Counted from the first letter of the whole stretch, positions 23,357 through 35,331 are shown. The stretch is DNA of 63,751 nt, filler included, from Octopus bimaculoides (GCF_001194135.2; 5 parts of 5 records of this genome joined end to end with filler, not necessarily neighbours in it); one strand, 5' to 3'. Made by a program: numbers and translations. The notes: generated from the letters alone by a model not told the origin.

Positions 23357-23765
23357 GGACATGGCTGTGTGGTTAAGAAGATTGCTTTGCAGCCTATGGT
23401 TTTAGGTTCAGTCCCACTGTGCAGCACCTCGGGCAAGTGTCTTCTGCTATTTACTGTCAACAATGATTATCCAGTTGTAACATCTTTTATTTCCCATCCT
23501 CTCCCCCCATGCCATTGTTCATCATTCCCAATTCCTCTACATACATATATATGTGTATGTGTCTTTGTGTCTGTGTTTGTCCCCACCATCAGCCTATGTT
23601 GGTGTGTTTATGTCCCTGTAACTTAGTGGTTTGGCAAAAAAAGATCGATAAAATAAGTAACAAGCTGTAAAAAAAAAAAAGTTCTGGAGTTGATTCGTTG
23701 GACTAAAAAATTTTTAGGTTGTGCTCCAGCATGGCCACAGTCTACTGACTGAAACAAGTTAAAAT
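23357..23765 (+). mobile_element. SINE family A
   Basis: Head TGGCTGTGTGG / GGTTCAGTCCC; 3' end CCAGCATGGCCACAGTC...CTGAAACAAGTTAAAA. Confidence 0.8.
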
Positions 23766-23821
23766 AAAAAAAAACAAAAAAAAACAAGAAACGTCATTAA
23801 AGTCTTGATGCTACAGGATAT

Positions 23822-24210
23822 TCTTTTACTTGTTTCAGTCATTTGACTGTGGCCATGCTGGAGCACCGCCTTTAGTCGAGCAAATTGACCCTAAGACTTA
23901 TTTTTTATAAGCCTAGTGTTTATTCTATCAGTCTCTTTTGCCGAACCGCTAAATTAGGGGGACGTAAACATACCTGCATCAGCTGTCAAGTGATGTTGGG
24001 GAGACAAACATAGACACACACTCATACATACACACACACACACACACATATATATATATTCGATGGGCTTCTTTCAAATCTACTCACAAGGCTTTGGTCG
24101 GCCCAAGGCTATAGTAGAGGACACTTGCCCAAAGTGCCATGCAGTGGAACTGAACCCGAAACCATGTGGTTGGTAAACAAGCTTCTTACCACACAGCCAC
24201 TCCTGCCCCT
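23822..24210 (-). mobile_element. SINE family A, inverted relative to its neighbour
   Basis: Full set of diagnostic blocks, in reverse complement. Confidence 0.85.
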
Positions 24211-24589
24211 ATAATTCGTGGTGAATAGATAAGGATGACATTTGACAAGGTAGTCTGAATGTGAGAGGGTTAACTCCTTTACCGAAAATTTCCATTGGAA
24301 CTGTTTCTTTCAAACTTGAAACCTTCTGTTATTGGATGGCATCAAAGAAGCAGGTGCATCTTACACGCCCTGACCCTTATTACAGTTACACATATTCAAG
24401 AAAAATAGTTTTATAGTGCATTGGCTCCTTAGTTCAGTGATTCTCAATCATTTTTTATTCATGGACCTCTTTGATTCTCATTTTATTTTGGTGGACCCTT
24501 TATAAACATTAGATTTAATTATTATTGTTATGGAGTCATGTGAGGTAGAAAAAAAAATATCTGGATTAATATTGGTTTCAAATTTTGGC

Positions 24590-24715
24590 ATAAGGCCAGC
24601 TTGGGAAAGAGATGAAGTTGTTTACATTGACCCAGAAAGGATGAAAGGCAAAGAATTTTGACCTCGGCAGAATTTTGCCTGGCGTGCTAATGGTTCTATT
24701 AGCTTGCTGCCATCT
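24590..24715 (-). mobile_element. SINE family B fragment
   Basis: GAAAGGATGAAAGGCAAAG...GACCTCGGCAGAATTT...GGCGTGCTAATGGTTCT. Confidence 0.55.
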
Positions 24716-25539
24716 TCTGAATTAATATTAGCCTATAGTAGAGTGTCAGGGATGAAATTATCTTAAGGAAGTGGCCCAACCTTGCATGTAGGCTCTGTGG
24801 TAACATTTTTATGGTAAACAAACTACATGGTATGTATCATCAAAAACAAAATACTTTTATCCCCCAAAAACTAAACTTGAAACAAATCCAGTCCATTTCT
24901 TTGTTTTCTTCTTCATTGTTGATATTTGCTCAACGAATCACAAATTAACCATTATCTTTTTCTCTTCATCTTTGTAACTTTTCATACCCTATCTCTGAGG
25001 TGTTTCATAGCATTTGATTTGTGTTGTTAAGCGGTTTCTGACTAGACTATGTCTATATACGGACTCTATTGTGTCATGGCTGTGACTGTTAATGATTTTT
25101 CTTGTCCCCCCTTCTGTGATTGCTGTGATCATACTACCCATGTAATAGCTGTGACATGTCTTGCTAATTCCCTCCTTTCCTATGACTATGCTGTGTCATA
25201 GCTGTGATTCCATCTTAGTGACCCCTTTCCCTCCTTCTGTGAATGTTGTGATCTTGTTTGTTCCTGCATGATTCCCTTTTCCTGTGTCATAGCTATGACC
25301 TGTCAGAAATATTTCTCCTTGTTGTGAGGTGCAGAGGTGACTGTGTGGGTGTGTGGTTAAGAAGTTTGTTTCCCAGTCTCATAGTTTTGGGTTCAGCCCC
25401 ACTGCATGTCACTTTGGGTCAGTGTTCGCACCACATATATATGCAAGCATGTGTATGTGTGTGTGTGTGTATGTGTCTTGACATCTTGTGATAGTTATAA
25501 AACAAGAACCATTGTCATGCAAGTTGTAAAAATACTGAG

Positions 25540-25682
25540 GAAAAATATTACCTTGCTTGGAAACAAGGGTTGGTGACAGGAAGGGTATCCAGCTTTATAA
25601 AAATCTGCCTCAGCAAATTCCGTCTGACCCATGCAAACGTGGAAAAGGGGACATTATTAACACAGTGATGATGATGATGATG
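25540..25682 (+). mobile_element. Degenerate RTE tail module
   Basis: GGAAGGGTATCCAGC...GACCCATGCAAACGTGGAAAA...GATGATGATG. Confidence 0.6.
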
Positions 25683-26285
25683 TTGTTCATAATTGAAATG
25701 ATCTGTCTTAATAATTCCTCTTCTATTATAGCTTGTCAGTCATAACTATCATCACATCCTTTGTCTTTTCATAATTTCTCCTCCCATTGTTTTGCATCCA
25801 ATTTGATGTTAGTCTGTCTAATACTCTCTCTTCTTCCATCAAACACATTTTAAAAACTATCATATATTCTGATGTAGTAATTTTCTCTCTGCAGTGTCTG
25901 ACACATCCCCTTCCTGACCTGCTGAATATCACCAGCCCAAAAACACACACACTTTCTGTTAATCATTATACAACCCAGCTGTGATCTGTCCTGTTACTCT
26001 TCTTATAACAGTTGTGTGTCTCTCCTGTGATCTGTCCTATAACTTTTCTTGTGATTGTTGTGTACCTCACCTATGATCTGTCCTAATATTCTCTTATCGG
26101 CCCTCCATTTCAATCCTGCCAATGAAAAACACACCAGCTATATGTTACCTGTTCCCAAATTGTTCCAGACCGATCTTAATACCACTCTATGGATGATGCT
26201 TTACTGTCCCATTGGTGGAGACCATTCTATCAATTTCTTGTTAGGTGATAGGTTGGAATAAAATCTGTGCAGTATTCCTTCTAAC

Positions 26286-26660
26286 TCTTTATGTCCAGAG
26301 TTTAAATCTGGCCAAGGTCACCTTCACCTTTCATCCTTTCAGCTAAAGCAAAGTACCAGCCAAGTAGTTTTCTATACATATCACTGCTGTATCTGTTCAG
26401 TATCTTTATGTCCAGAGTTCAAATCTGGCCAAGGTCACCTTCACCTTTCATCCTTTCAGCTAAAGCAAGGTACCAGCCAGTAGTTTTCTATACATATCAC
26501 TGCTGTATCTGTTCAGAATCTTTGTGTGCTGAGTTCAAATCTGACTGAGGTCAACTTTACCTTTCATCCTTTCAGGGTCGATGAAATAAAGTACTGGCAT
26601 CGATGGAATCGACTAAAATTCAAAATTGCTGGCTTTGTGCCTAAATCAGAAGCCATTATT
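26286..26660 (+). repeat. ~117-bp tandem triplication of the SINE-B B-box/core segment
   Basis: Units start at 26286, 26403 and 26519. The first two are nearly identical; the third continues into a normal SINE 3' end. Confidence 0.8.
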
Positions 26661-26738
26661 TCCAATGCCTCTGCTTCCCCTCCCCCATTTTTGTCTTATT
26701 TCTCTCCATACAACTTGTTTGCTCACGGATGTCTTTAA

Positions 26739-26973
26739 CCATTTTGATACCAACCAACCAACCAACCTGATATCACCTGTGGTTCTTCTGATATCAAACT
26801 TCTTGTTTTAAGGAGATTTCAATTGAAAAACTTTCCATCAAAATTTCATGCCGATTAATGTTCCAAACATCAGTTTAATGATGAAAGGGATTTTACTAAA
26901 TTCCTCATCATTTTCAAAATTAATTATAACAAAGGTAGCAATATGTAACACCAGAAATATGGTAACAAAATGG
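26739..26973. mobile_element. piggyBac-like MITE with TTAA flanks
   Basis: TTAA|CCATTTTGATACCA ... TGGTAACAAAATGG|TTAA (1 mismatch). Followed by partial tandem copies of its interior to ~27235. Confidence 0.7.
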
Positions 26974-28258
26974 TTAAAGGGATCTAAATTAAAGTTTTTC
27001 CATCAAAATTTCACATTGTGTTCCCAACACCAACTTTGTCATTTCACTAAATTTTTCATTATTTTCAATATTAATTGAAACAAAAGTGATGTATTTCATC
27101 AGAAATATGGTAACAAAATAACTGAAGTGATCTGAATTAAAATTTACCATCAAAATTTCATGTTAATTTGTGTTCCAAACACTAACTTTACCAAGTTCTT
27201 CATTATTTTCAAAATTAATTAAAACAATGGCAATGAAGAAAAATATTAAAAAAATAAAAATAACCCCCCCCCACACACACACACAAAACAAGGGGGTAAA
27301 GTGATGTTTTATTGTGAGTGAGTGAGTGGGGGTAGGCATAGTGCANNNNNNNNNNNNNNNNNNNNNNNNNNNNNNNNNNNNNNNNNNNNNNNNNNNNNNN
27401 NNNNNNNNNNNNNNNNNNNNNNNNNNNNNNNNNNNNNNNNNNNNNNNNNNNNNNNNNNNNNNNNNNNNNNNNNNNNNNNNNNNNNNNNNNNNNNNNNNNN
27501 NNNNNNNNNNNNNNNNNNNNNNNNNNNNNNNNNNNNNNNNNNNNNNNNNNNNNNNNNNNNNNNNNNNNNNNNNNNNNNNNNNNNNNNNNNNNNNNNNNNN
27601 NNNNNNNNNTTTATTCCAATATAAATAAATCATGCTCTTTCTTTCTTTCTTTGTCCTACTCTTTTTCTCTATCTCTATCTCTCTCCGTTTGTCTATCTGT
27701 TTCTTCCTCTTCCTCTCTACATACATCCGACTGTTACCTCCCTTTATTTATCAAGCCTATCTCTCTATGGTGTGTCTTAAAAGCCGACCAACTTTAAATG
27801 TCCTATAATATTATTCATATTATTACTAAATAATCAACTTCTTGTTATCTATTTATCTCTCTCTCTCTCTCTCTCTCTCTGACCTCGCCAACAACACCAG
27901 CCCCCGCAAAAGCTAAAAAATGAAATATAGTTAGAAGACTGTATTTTCTCTCCTCCCCCCACCGTTTTAAATATTTCCATTTTTACTTCAATTTCACTGT
28001 CACCCAATTTTCCATCTTCTTGTTTCTATTAATAAATATATATATAAAAAATACATATCTATTTACTCATACTTGTGTAATTATATGAATATATGTATGT
28101 GTATACACATATGCATATACATTTACACACACACACACACCTATATATATATGTTTATATGTACATGTGTGTGTGTGTGTATATATATATATGTATAATA
28201 TATATACATCTATATATACAAAAACATATATATATATTATACACATATGTATATATAT

Positions 28259-28305
<47 letters not shown>

Positions 28306-28449
28306 ACACAAGGGATAAAAAAAGACAAGAGAAAAATAATGTGAGGACGTAATATATGGAAATTAATAAGACGCTCAGAGAAAAAAAAAGATACCAATGT
28401 ATATATATACATATGTACATTCATGCATATGTGTGTGTTTGTATGTACG

Positions 28450-28519
<70 letters not shown>

Positions 28520-28575
28520 TGCATACCTACACACATACAAACAGGTGCATATACATGTATATATATATATATATA

Positions 28576-28755
28576 TATAGGCAAGAGTGGAGAACAAGTT
28601 TCAAAGGTCAAGTCCCTTTATCAACTTAAATCACTTCGCATCACACGCATTTTCATATACAGCATCAATTCAATATGAATATTCCTATGATGTGAAGTGA
28701 CTTAAGTTGATAAAGAGACTTGACCTTTGAAATTTCTTCTCCCGTCTTGCCTGTA
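28576..28755. repeat. Hairpin/MITE with ~82-bp inverted arms
   Basis: 28576-28657 vs 28674-28755 are complementary at roughly 85% by eye, with a ~16-nt loop. Confidence 0.75.
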
Positions 28756-29904
28756 TTCTTCTTGCTCCTTAAGAACGCTAATGAGTTGTGCTGTATTAAA
28801 TGATATCCTTTTGATGTACTTCTCATAATTATATATATATATACATTTATAGATGTGTATACACACACACACACACACACACATTCAAGCATACAAACAG
28901 GTGCATATATACAAATAGACCAGATAAATTCTCAGTTGTGAGAAGGGTTTATTATTAAAAAAAAAAATAAAAAAAATTCTTCTCAGAAACAGAAATATAA
29001 AAAAAAAATTCAAATGTTACCAATGTTGAGATAAAATTTGAAAATGATAAATAAAAATAAAAATTGACAAAAAGACAATAAACTGTTATGTGGGGCCCCC
29101 ACACCCCATGGGGCAAGTCCTGTCTCCACACCACATATATGTGTGTGTTGGGGAACAAGAGCTACATTCAAATATTATTATTAATTCATTTATTGCTCAA
29201 TAAATTTGTTTTTAACTTTCAATGTAAAATAAAGAGTTTTTTCTTTGAAATAACATCTGTCTATATTGTTATCTGTTGTTGTCAAATGCTGTAGTAGTAG
29301 TAGTAGTAGTGGTGGTGGTGGTGGTGGTGATGGTCAATGTTGTTGCGGTTAACTTTTAATTTTGGCTAAAAATTGTTGTAGTTGTAGTTGCTGTGGTTGT
29401 GTTTAATGTTAGCTAGTGTTGTAGTAGTCATTGTGGATCTTAAATTTCTTCCGACAACTTCAAGTATTTCAAATTTTCACCAGATTGTTTTATAAAAAAA
29501 AAAAAATATACAGTTTCGATGTAGTTTTGCTTGCTGATGATGAAACGTTACCTTAATACTTTTGTTCTAGAAATTGATAATAAAGTCACAAGAATTTAAC
29601 GTTGTACATCTTAAGCCACTTGGAGGCCTCCGTTGATGATACGTCAGAAGTTGCAACTGTCTGTTGTCATGGCAATACTTATAGGTGAAGTAAAAAAAAA
29701 AAAAATTTTTAAATGCTGAGAGATATGTCCATGAGAAAAGGAACATGGTTGGATGGGGAAACTCTTCCTCTTAGGAGTTTTATTTGTGTTTTCTTTTTTT
29801 GTATTGCTGATTAAAAGAGAAGACAGATTTTGTTCAGAGGAATTAGAGGTTAGTGACCCTACAGCTGTTCCTTACAAAAATTATTTGTGAAAAATCTGTG
29901 TAGA

Positions 29905-31180
29905 AGATTTACTCTGTAACCCAGTAAAGGTTGATGGTTCTGGCTGAAGTGTTGAAATTCAAAATCTTAGTAAGTAGGAGAGCAGACAAGTCACAAATCC
30001 TTTCAGGTAGATGGTTCTGCTCGATTTGCAGAAAAGGTGTAGGCAGAAACTCTGTAAGATGTACTTGGTGTAAGCTATGAACACATAAGAGGTGCAGCAC
30101 TATCAGAGGAAGGTTAACAGGGAAAATAGTTTTTATGTATGGTAGGTGCTCAGGTACAATTAACACTAAAAATGTACAGAAAATAGACTCTATCAAATGC
30201 CAGTCGGGATAACTAGAAGTAGTCCATAGCTTCTGTTACCTAGTCAGTAGCAGGGGTGGATGCTCTGAGAATGTACCTACTAGAATAAGAATAGGCTGGG
30301 GAAAATTCAGAAAGCTCCTACCTCTGTTGGTAACAAAGGGCCTCTCTCTCAGAGTGAAAGGCAGAACGTATGATGCTTGTGTGCAAATAACCATGCTACA
30401 TGGCAGTGAAACATGAGCTGTGACTACCTAGGATATGTGTAGGCTTGTTAAAAAACGAAGCATGTATGCTTTGCTGAATGTGTAATGTCAATGCATGCAC
30501 GACAGAGTATAAGCACCCTGAGAGAAAAGCTGGGCATAAAAGGCATCAGATGTGGTGTACATGAGAGAAGGCTGTGCTGGTATGGTCATGTGGTGCATAT
30601 GGATGAGGACAGTTGTGCGAAGAAGTGCTATACTCTAATGGTGGAGGGAACCTATGGAAGAGGGAGACCCAGGAAGACATGGGACGAGGTGGTGAAGCAT
30701 GATCTTCGAATGTTGGGCCTCACAGAGGCAATGACTAATGACCGAGACCTTTGGCAATATGTTGCGCTTGAGTAGACCTGCCAAACCAAGTGAGATCATA
30801 GATATGGCTGATGCCTGTGTCATGTAACTGGCATGTAAAAATCACCCTCAAACGTTGGGCGATATGACAGGTTGAAAAAACCTGTCAAGCCAAGTGAAAT
30901 TGTAGCCATGGCTGATGCCAGTGCCGATGGCATGTAAAAAGCACTGTTTGTGCGTGCGGCCGATGCTGATGTTATGTCAATGGCACCCATGCCGCTGGCA
31001 TGTAAATAGCACCCACTACACTCTTGGATTGGTTGGCTTTAGGAAGGGCATCCAACCGTAGAAACCATGCCAAACCAGATTGGAAGCTAGTGTAGCTCCC
31101 CGGCTTACCAGTTTTCAACCAAACTGTCCATCCCTTGTCAGTTTGGAAAACGGACGTTAAATGATGATGATGATGATGAC
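29905..31180 (+). mobile_element. RTE-type LINE 3' portion: late RT with Cys-rich insert, C-terminus and 3' UTR with (GAT)n tail
   Basis: Translates SGRWFCSICRKGVGRNSVRCTWCKL*THKRC..., RIRIGWGKFRKLLPLL, KGRTYDACV, LHGSET*, RRLCWYGHVVHM, GRGRPRKTWDEVV. It then runs into the tail module ending GATGATGATG near 31178. Confidence 0.88.
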
Positions 31181-31297
31181 AAATGGTATTTTTTGGAACA
31201 AAAATACAACTGATTTTACTTGAAAAGTAACAGAAACAATGGCAATACAAGGGTTAGTTGAAAAGTTCCTGGCTTTGGGTAAAAGAAAAATACAAGA

Positions 31298-31508
31298 GGG
31301 TGGTGAGCTGGCAGAAGCGTTAGCACGCCGGGTGGTGAGCTGGCAGAATCGTTAGCACGCCGGGTGGTGAGTTGGCAGAAGCGTTAGCACGCCGGGTGGT
31401 GAGTTGGCAGAAACGTTAGCACGCCGGGTGGTGAGTTGGCAGAAGCGTTAGCACGCCGGTTGGTGAGTTGGCAGAAGCGTTAGCACGCCGGGTGGTGAGT
31501 TGGCAGAA
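31298..31508 (+). repeat. 32-bp minisatellite, at least 6.5 units, running into a gap
   Basis: Unit GGGTGGTGAG(C/T)TGGCAGAAGCGTTAGCACGCC at 31298, 31330, 31362, 31394, 31426, 31458 and 31490. It abuts a mariner-MITE end (~31255-31297). Confidence 0.95.
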
Positions 31509-31608
31509 NNNNNNNNNNNNNNNNNNNNNNNNNNNNNNNNNNNNNNNNNNNNTTAATTAATTAANNNNNNNNNNNNNNNNNNNNNNNNNNNNNNNNNNNN
31601 NNNNNNNN

Positions 31609-31674
<66 letters not shown>

Positions 31675-31678
<4 letters not shown>

Positions 31679-32110
31679 TGGCAACGAAAGGACTCTCTCA
31701 CAGAGTGAAAGGTAGACTATATGATGCTTGTGTACAAACGGCTATACTCCATGGTAGTGAGACATGGGCTCTGAATGCAGAAGACATGCATAGACTGGAG
31801 AGAAACATCAGTGGACATGTACGACAAAATGCAAATATTTTGGGAGAAAAGTTGGTCATAAGAGGAATCAAATGTAGCATTCAAGAGAGAAGATTACATT
31901 GCTTTGGACATGTGATATGTATGAATGAGGACAGCTGCATAAAGAAGTGCCAATCACTGAAAGTGGATGGTACCCATAGAAGAGGGAGACTCAGGAAGAT
32001 ATGGGATGAAGTGGTAAGGACCAATCTCAGGATATTGGGCCACATGGAGGAAATGACAATGGACCAAGATGTCTGGTAATATGAAGTTCTTGAGAAGACC
32101 CGCCCACATC
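31675..32110 (+). mobile_element. Second RTE-type LINE C-terminal fragment
   Basis: KGLSHRVKGRLYDACV...LHGSETW...RRLHCFGHVICM...RGRLRKIWDEVV. It is followed by a pyrimidine-rich region (to ~32900) unlike the first copy's tail. Confidence 0.85.
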
Positions 32111-34278
32111 AGCAAAGCTGAGTTCTAGAAACATTGTGTGTCCCACCTTCACTTAACAAATCTTCTCACACACTCTACCACAACAAACCAAACTACGTCT
32201 CTTCTCTTCCTCACATTTCTGCTTCATGTACTATGATTACCTCCCACTCCCCAATCCTGTCCTCTTGGCCCTGTGCCACTGTATCATTGCTCTCCGCTTG
32301 CCCTTGACTTGTGCGTTCAACCCTCATGCACTGTCTCACTCTATTATTGCTATCTGCTAGCCCCTGACCTGGGTGTTCTACCCACACGTAACAAGAAAAC
32401 TTTTCCCCCACCCTACCCCAACAAACCAGTTTACATCTCTTTCTCACATTTCCTCCTTCATACACTATGCCTAACTCTCACTCTCCAATCCTGTCCTCAC
32501 ACCCATTCCTCTGTATTATTGCTATTCGGTAGCCCCTCCAACTCTATATATACACCCAGGTTTTTCGCCACTTACTCATACTCTTTAATCACACTCCCTT
32601 TGCAATATCCTGTCACTTATATTATGGCATTTGAACCTCAAGAGTATGCCCTGGCACTTGCCAACATCTATATCTCTCTCTTACTTTACTCACCCACCTC
32701 ATTTATATTCTGATCCCCATTCCTTGTGAGTATGCCTGGCATTTTGCCACCATCTCTATCCTGCTGTCTCCTACTCTCTCTCTCCTTCTGCTGCACTTCC
32801 CTCATGTTGGGCAACTGTATATTTTTTTTGCGGTAGCACACCTGCTTCTGTCTTCATTTCTGATCTTTCTCTCTCTGGCCAGGTAACCTTGTACTTCCTC
32901 TACTGCAAAACACCTGTATTTGAACGACCTAAGAAAAGGTTACTTTCATCAGAGCCATTTCTGTTTATCACAAGTAGAGCACTGAAGGAATGGCTAATGT
33001 ATTGTAGTAACATTAATTTTCTTAGGTCGTTTAATTTTCCTCAGTTGATCACTGGACTAATTGAGTAAGCTTATCAGTAATGTACCTATAATGACTACTG
33101 GAAACAGCTGTTAGCAAAAATTGTTCCAATAAAAGAAATATATATATAATGACCATTATTTTTAATTTGTTCCTTATATATCACTCTGTGAAAACCAGTT
33201 TGTCTAGAGCCCATCCATGGATTTACAATATAGAATTGTGATGAACAATAACTTTGGACCCTATCACAGCCATCAGAGGGCTTATGAAATATTTTGCCTG
33301 GATTGATAATCCCTCACTATTTGTTTTGCTGTATATATATATATATATATNNNNNNNNNNNNNNNNNNNNNNNNNNNNNNNNNNNNNNNNNNNNNNNNNN
33401 NNNNNNNNNNNNNNNNNNNNNNNNNNNNNNNNNNNNNNNNNNNNNNNNNNNNNNNNNNNNNNNNNNNNNNNNNNNNNNNNNNNNNNNNNNNNNNNNNNNN
33501 NNNNNNNNNNNNNNNNNNNNNNNNNNNNNNNNNNNNNNNNNNNNNNNNNNNNNNNNNNNNNNNNNNNNNNNNNNNNNNNNNNNNNNNNNNNNNNNNNNNN
33601 NNNNNNNNNNNNNNNNNNNNNNNNNNNNNNNNNNNNNNNNNNNNNNNNNNNNNNNNNNNNNNNNNNNNNNNNNNNNNNNNNNNNNNNNNNNNNNNNNNNN
33701 NNNNNNNNNNNNNNNNNNNNNNNNNNNNNNNNNNNNNNNNNNNNNNNNNNNNNNNNNNNNTCATTCACATATCTCATTTTTTACCAGTGTATGTACACAC
33801 ACATGCATGTACATATGCATGCATACACAGACACCCATTTACCAATTTTCCGGAACTTTAAAGATAATTTTGCTAAAAAATATTTCATTCTTTATTTTAA
33901 TTGAGAATAGTGATTTCTATTTAATTAACCTAGACTATTTGAAGAAAATATATCATGCTATTTAATGATATTAAATTAATTGCAAAAATAAGCCAGCTAT
34001 TCATTTTAATTAAGCATTAATTACTCTTAGAAATATTGCAATTTGATCGATGCATACCTTTAAAGAGTGAGATTGATAGACAAAGAGACTGACAGGTAGA
34101 CAGATAAACTGATAGGTATACAGACACATAGTTACATAGATGGGTATACAGATGGAGAAATAGATAGATAGGCAGATAGCCTACAGAGAAGATAAATAGA
34201 CAGATAGGTAGACAAGCAGATAGAGAGATAGAGACAAATTGATAGACATCTATCTATCTATCTATCTAACTATCTATC

Positions 34279-34314
<36 letters not shown>

Positions 34315-34384
34315 TACATGCATACATATATATATATATATATATATATACATACACATAGATACATATATATTTATACATACG

Positions 34385-34426
<42 letters not shown>

Positions 34427-35239
34427 NNNNNNNNNNNNNNNNNNNNNNNNNNNNNNNNNNNNNNNNNNNNNNNNNNNNNNNNNNNNNNNNNNNNNNNNNN
34501 NNNNNNNNNNNNNNNNNNNNNNNNNNNNNNNNNNNNNNNNNNNNNNNNNNNNNNNNNNNNNNNNNNNNNNNNNNNNNNNNNNNNNNNNNNNNNNNNNNNN
34601 NNNNNNNNNNNNNNNNNNNNNNNNNNNNNNNNNNNNNNNNNNNNNNNNNNNNNNNNNNNNNNNNNNNNNNNNNNNNNNNNNNNNNNNNNNNNNNNNNNNN
34701 NNNNNNNNNNNNNNNNNNNNNNNNNNNNNNNNNNNNNNNNNNNNNNNNNNNNNNNNNNNNNNNNNNNNNNNNNNNNNNNNNNNNNNNNNNNNNNNNNNNN
34801 NNNNNNNNNNNNNNNNNNNNNNNNNNNNNNNNNNNNNNNNNNNNNNNNNNNNNNNNNNNNNNNNNNNNNNNNNNNNNNNNNNNNNNNNNNNNNNNNNNNN
34901 NNNNNNNNNNNNNNNNNNNNNNNNNNNNNNNNNNNNNNNNNNNNNNNNNNNNNNNNNNNNNNNNNNNNNNNNNNNNNNNNNNNNNNNNNNNNNNNNNNNN
35001 NNNNNNNNNNNNNNNNNNNNNNNNNNNNNNNNNNNNNNNNNNNNNNNNNNNNNNNNNNNNNNNNNNNNNNNNNNNNNNNNNNNNNNNNNNNNNNNNNNNN
35101 NNNNNNNNNNNNNNNNNNNNNNNNNNNNNNNNNNNNNNNNNNNNNNNNNNNNNNNNNNNNNNNNNNNNNNNNNNNNNNNNNNNNNNNNNNNNNNNNNNNN
35201 NNNNNNNNNNNNNNNNNNNNNNNNNNNNNNNNNNNNNNN

Positions 35240-35331
<92 letters not shown>

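Noticed and set aside
29909-30196. 95-aa minus-strand ORF
   Set aside because: It is antisense to the plus-strand RTE frame.
31298-31508. CRISPR-like appearance of a 32-bp repeat array
   Set aside because: Units are contiguous with no unique spacers, there are no cas genes, the context is eukaryotic, and the unit derives from a SINE head.
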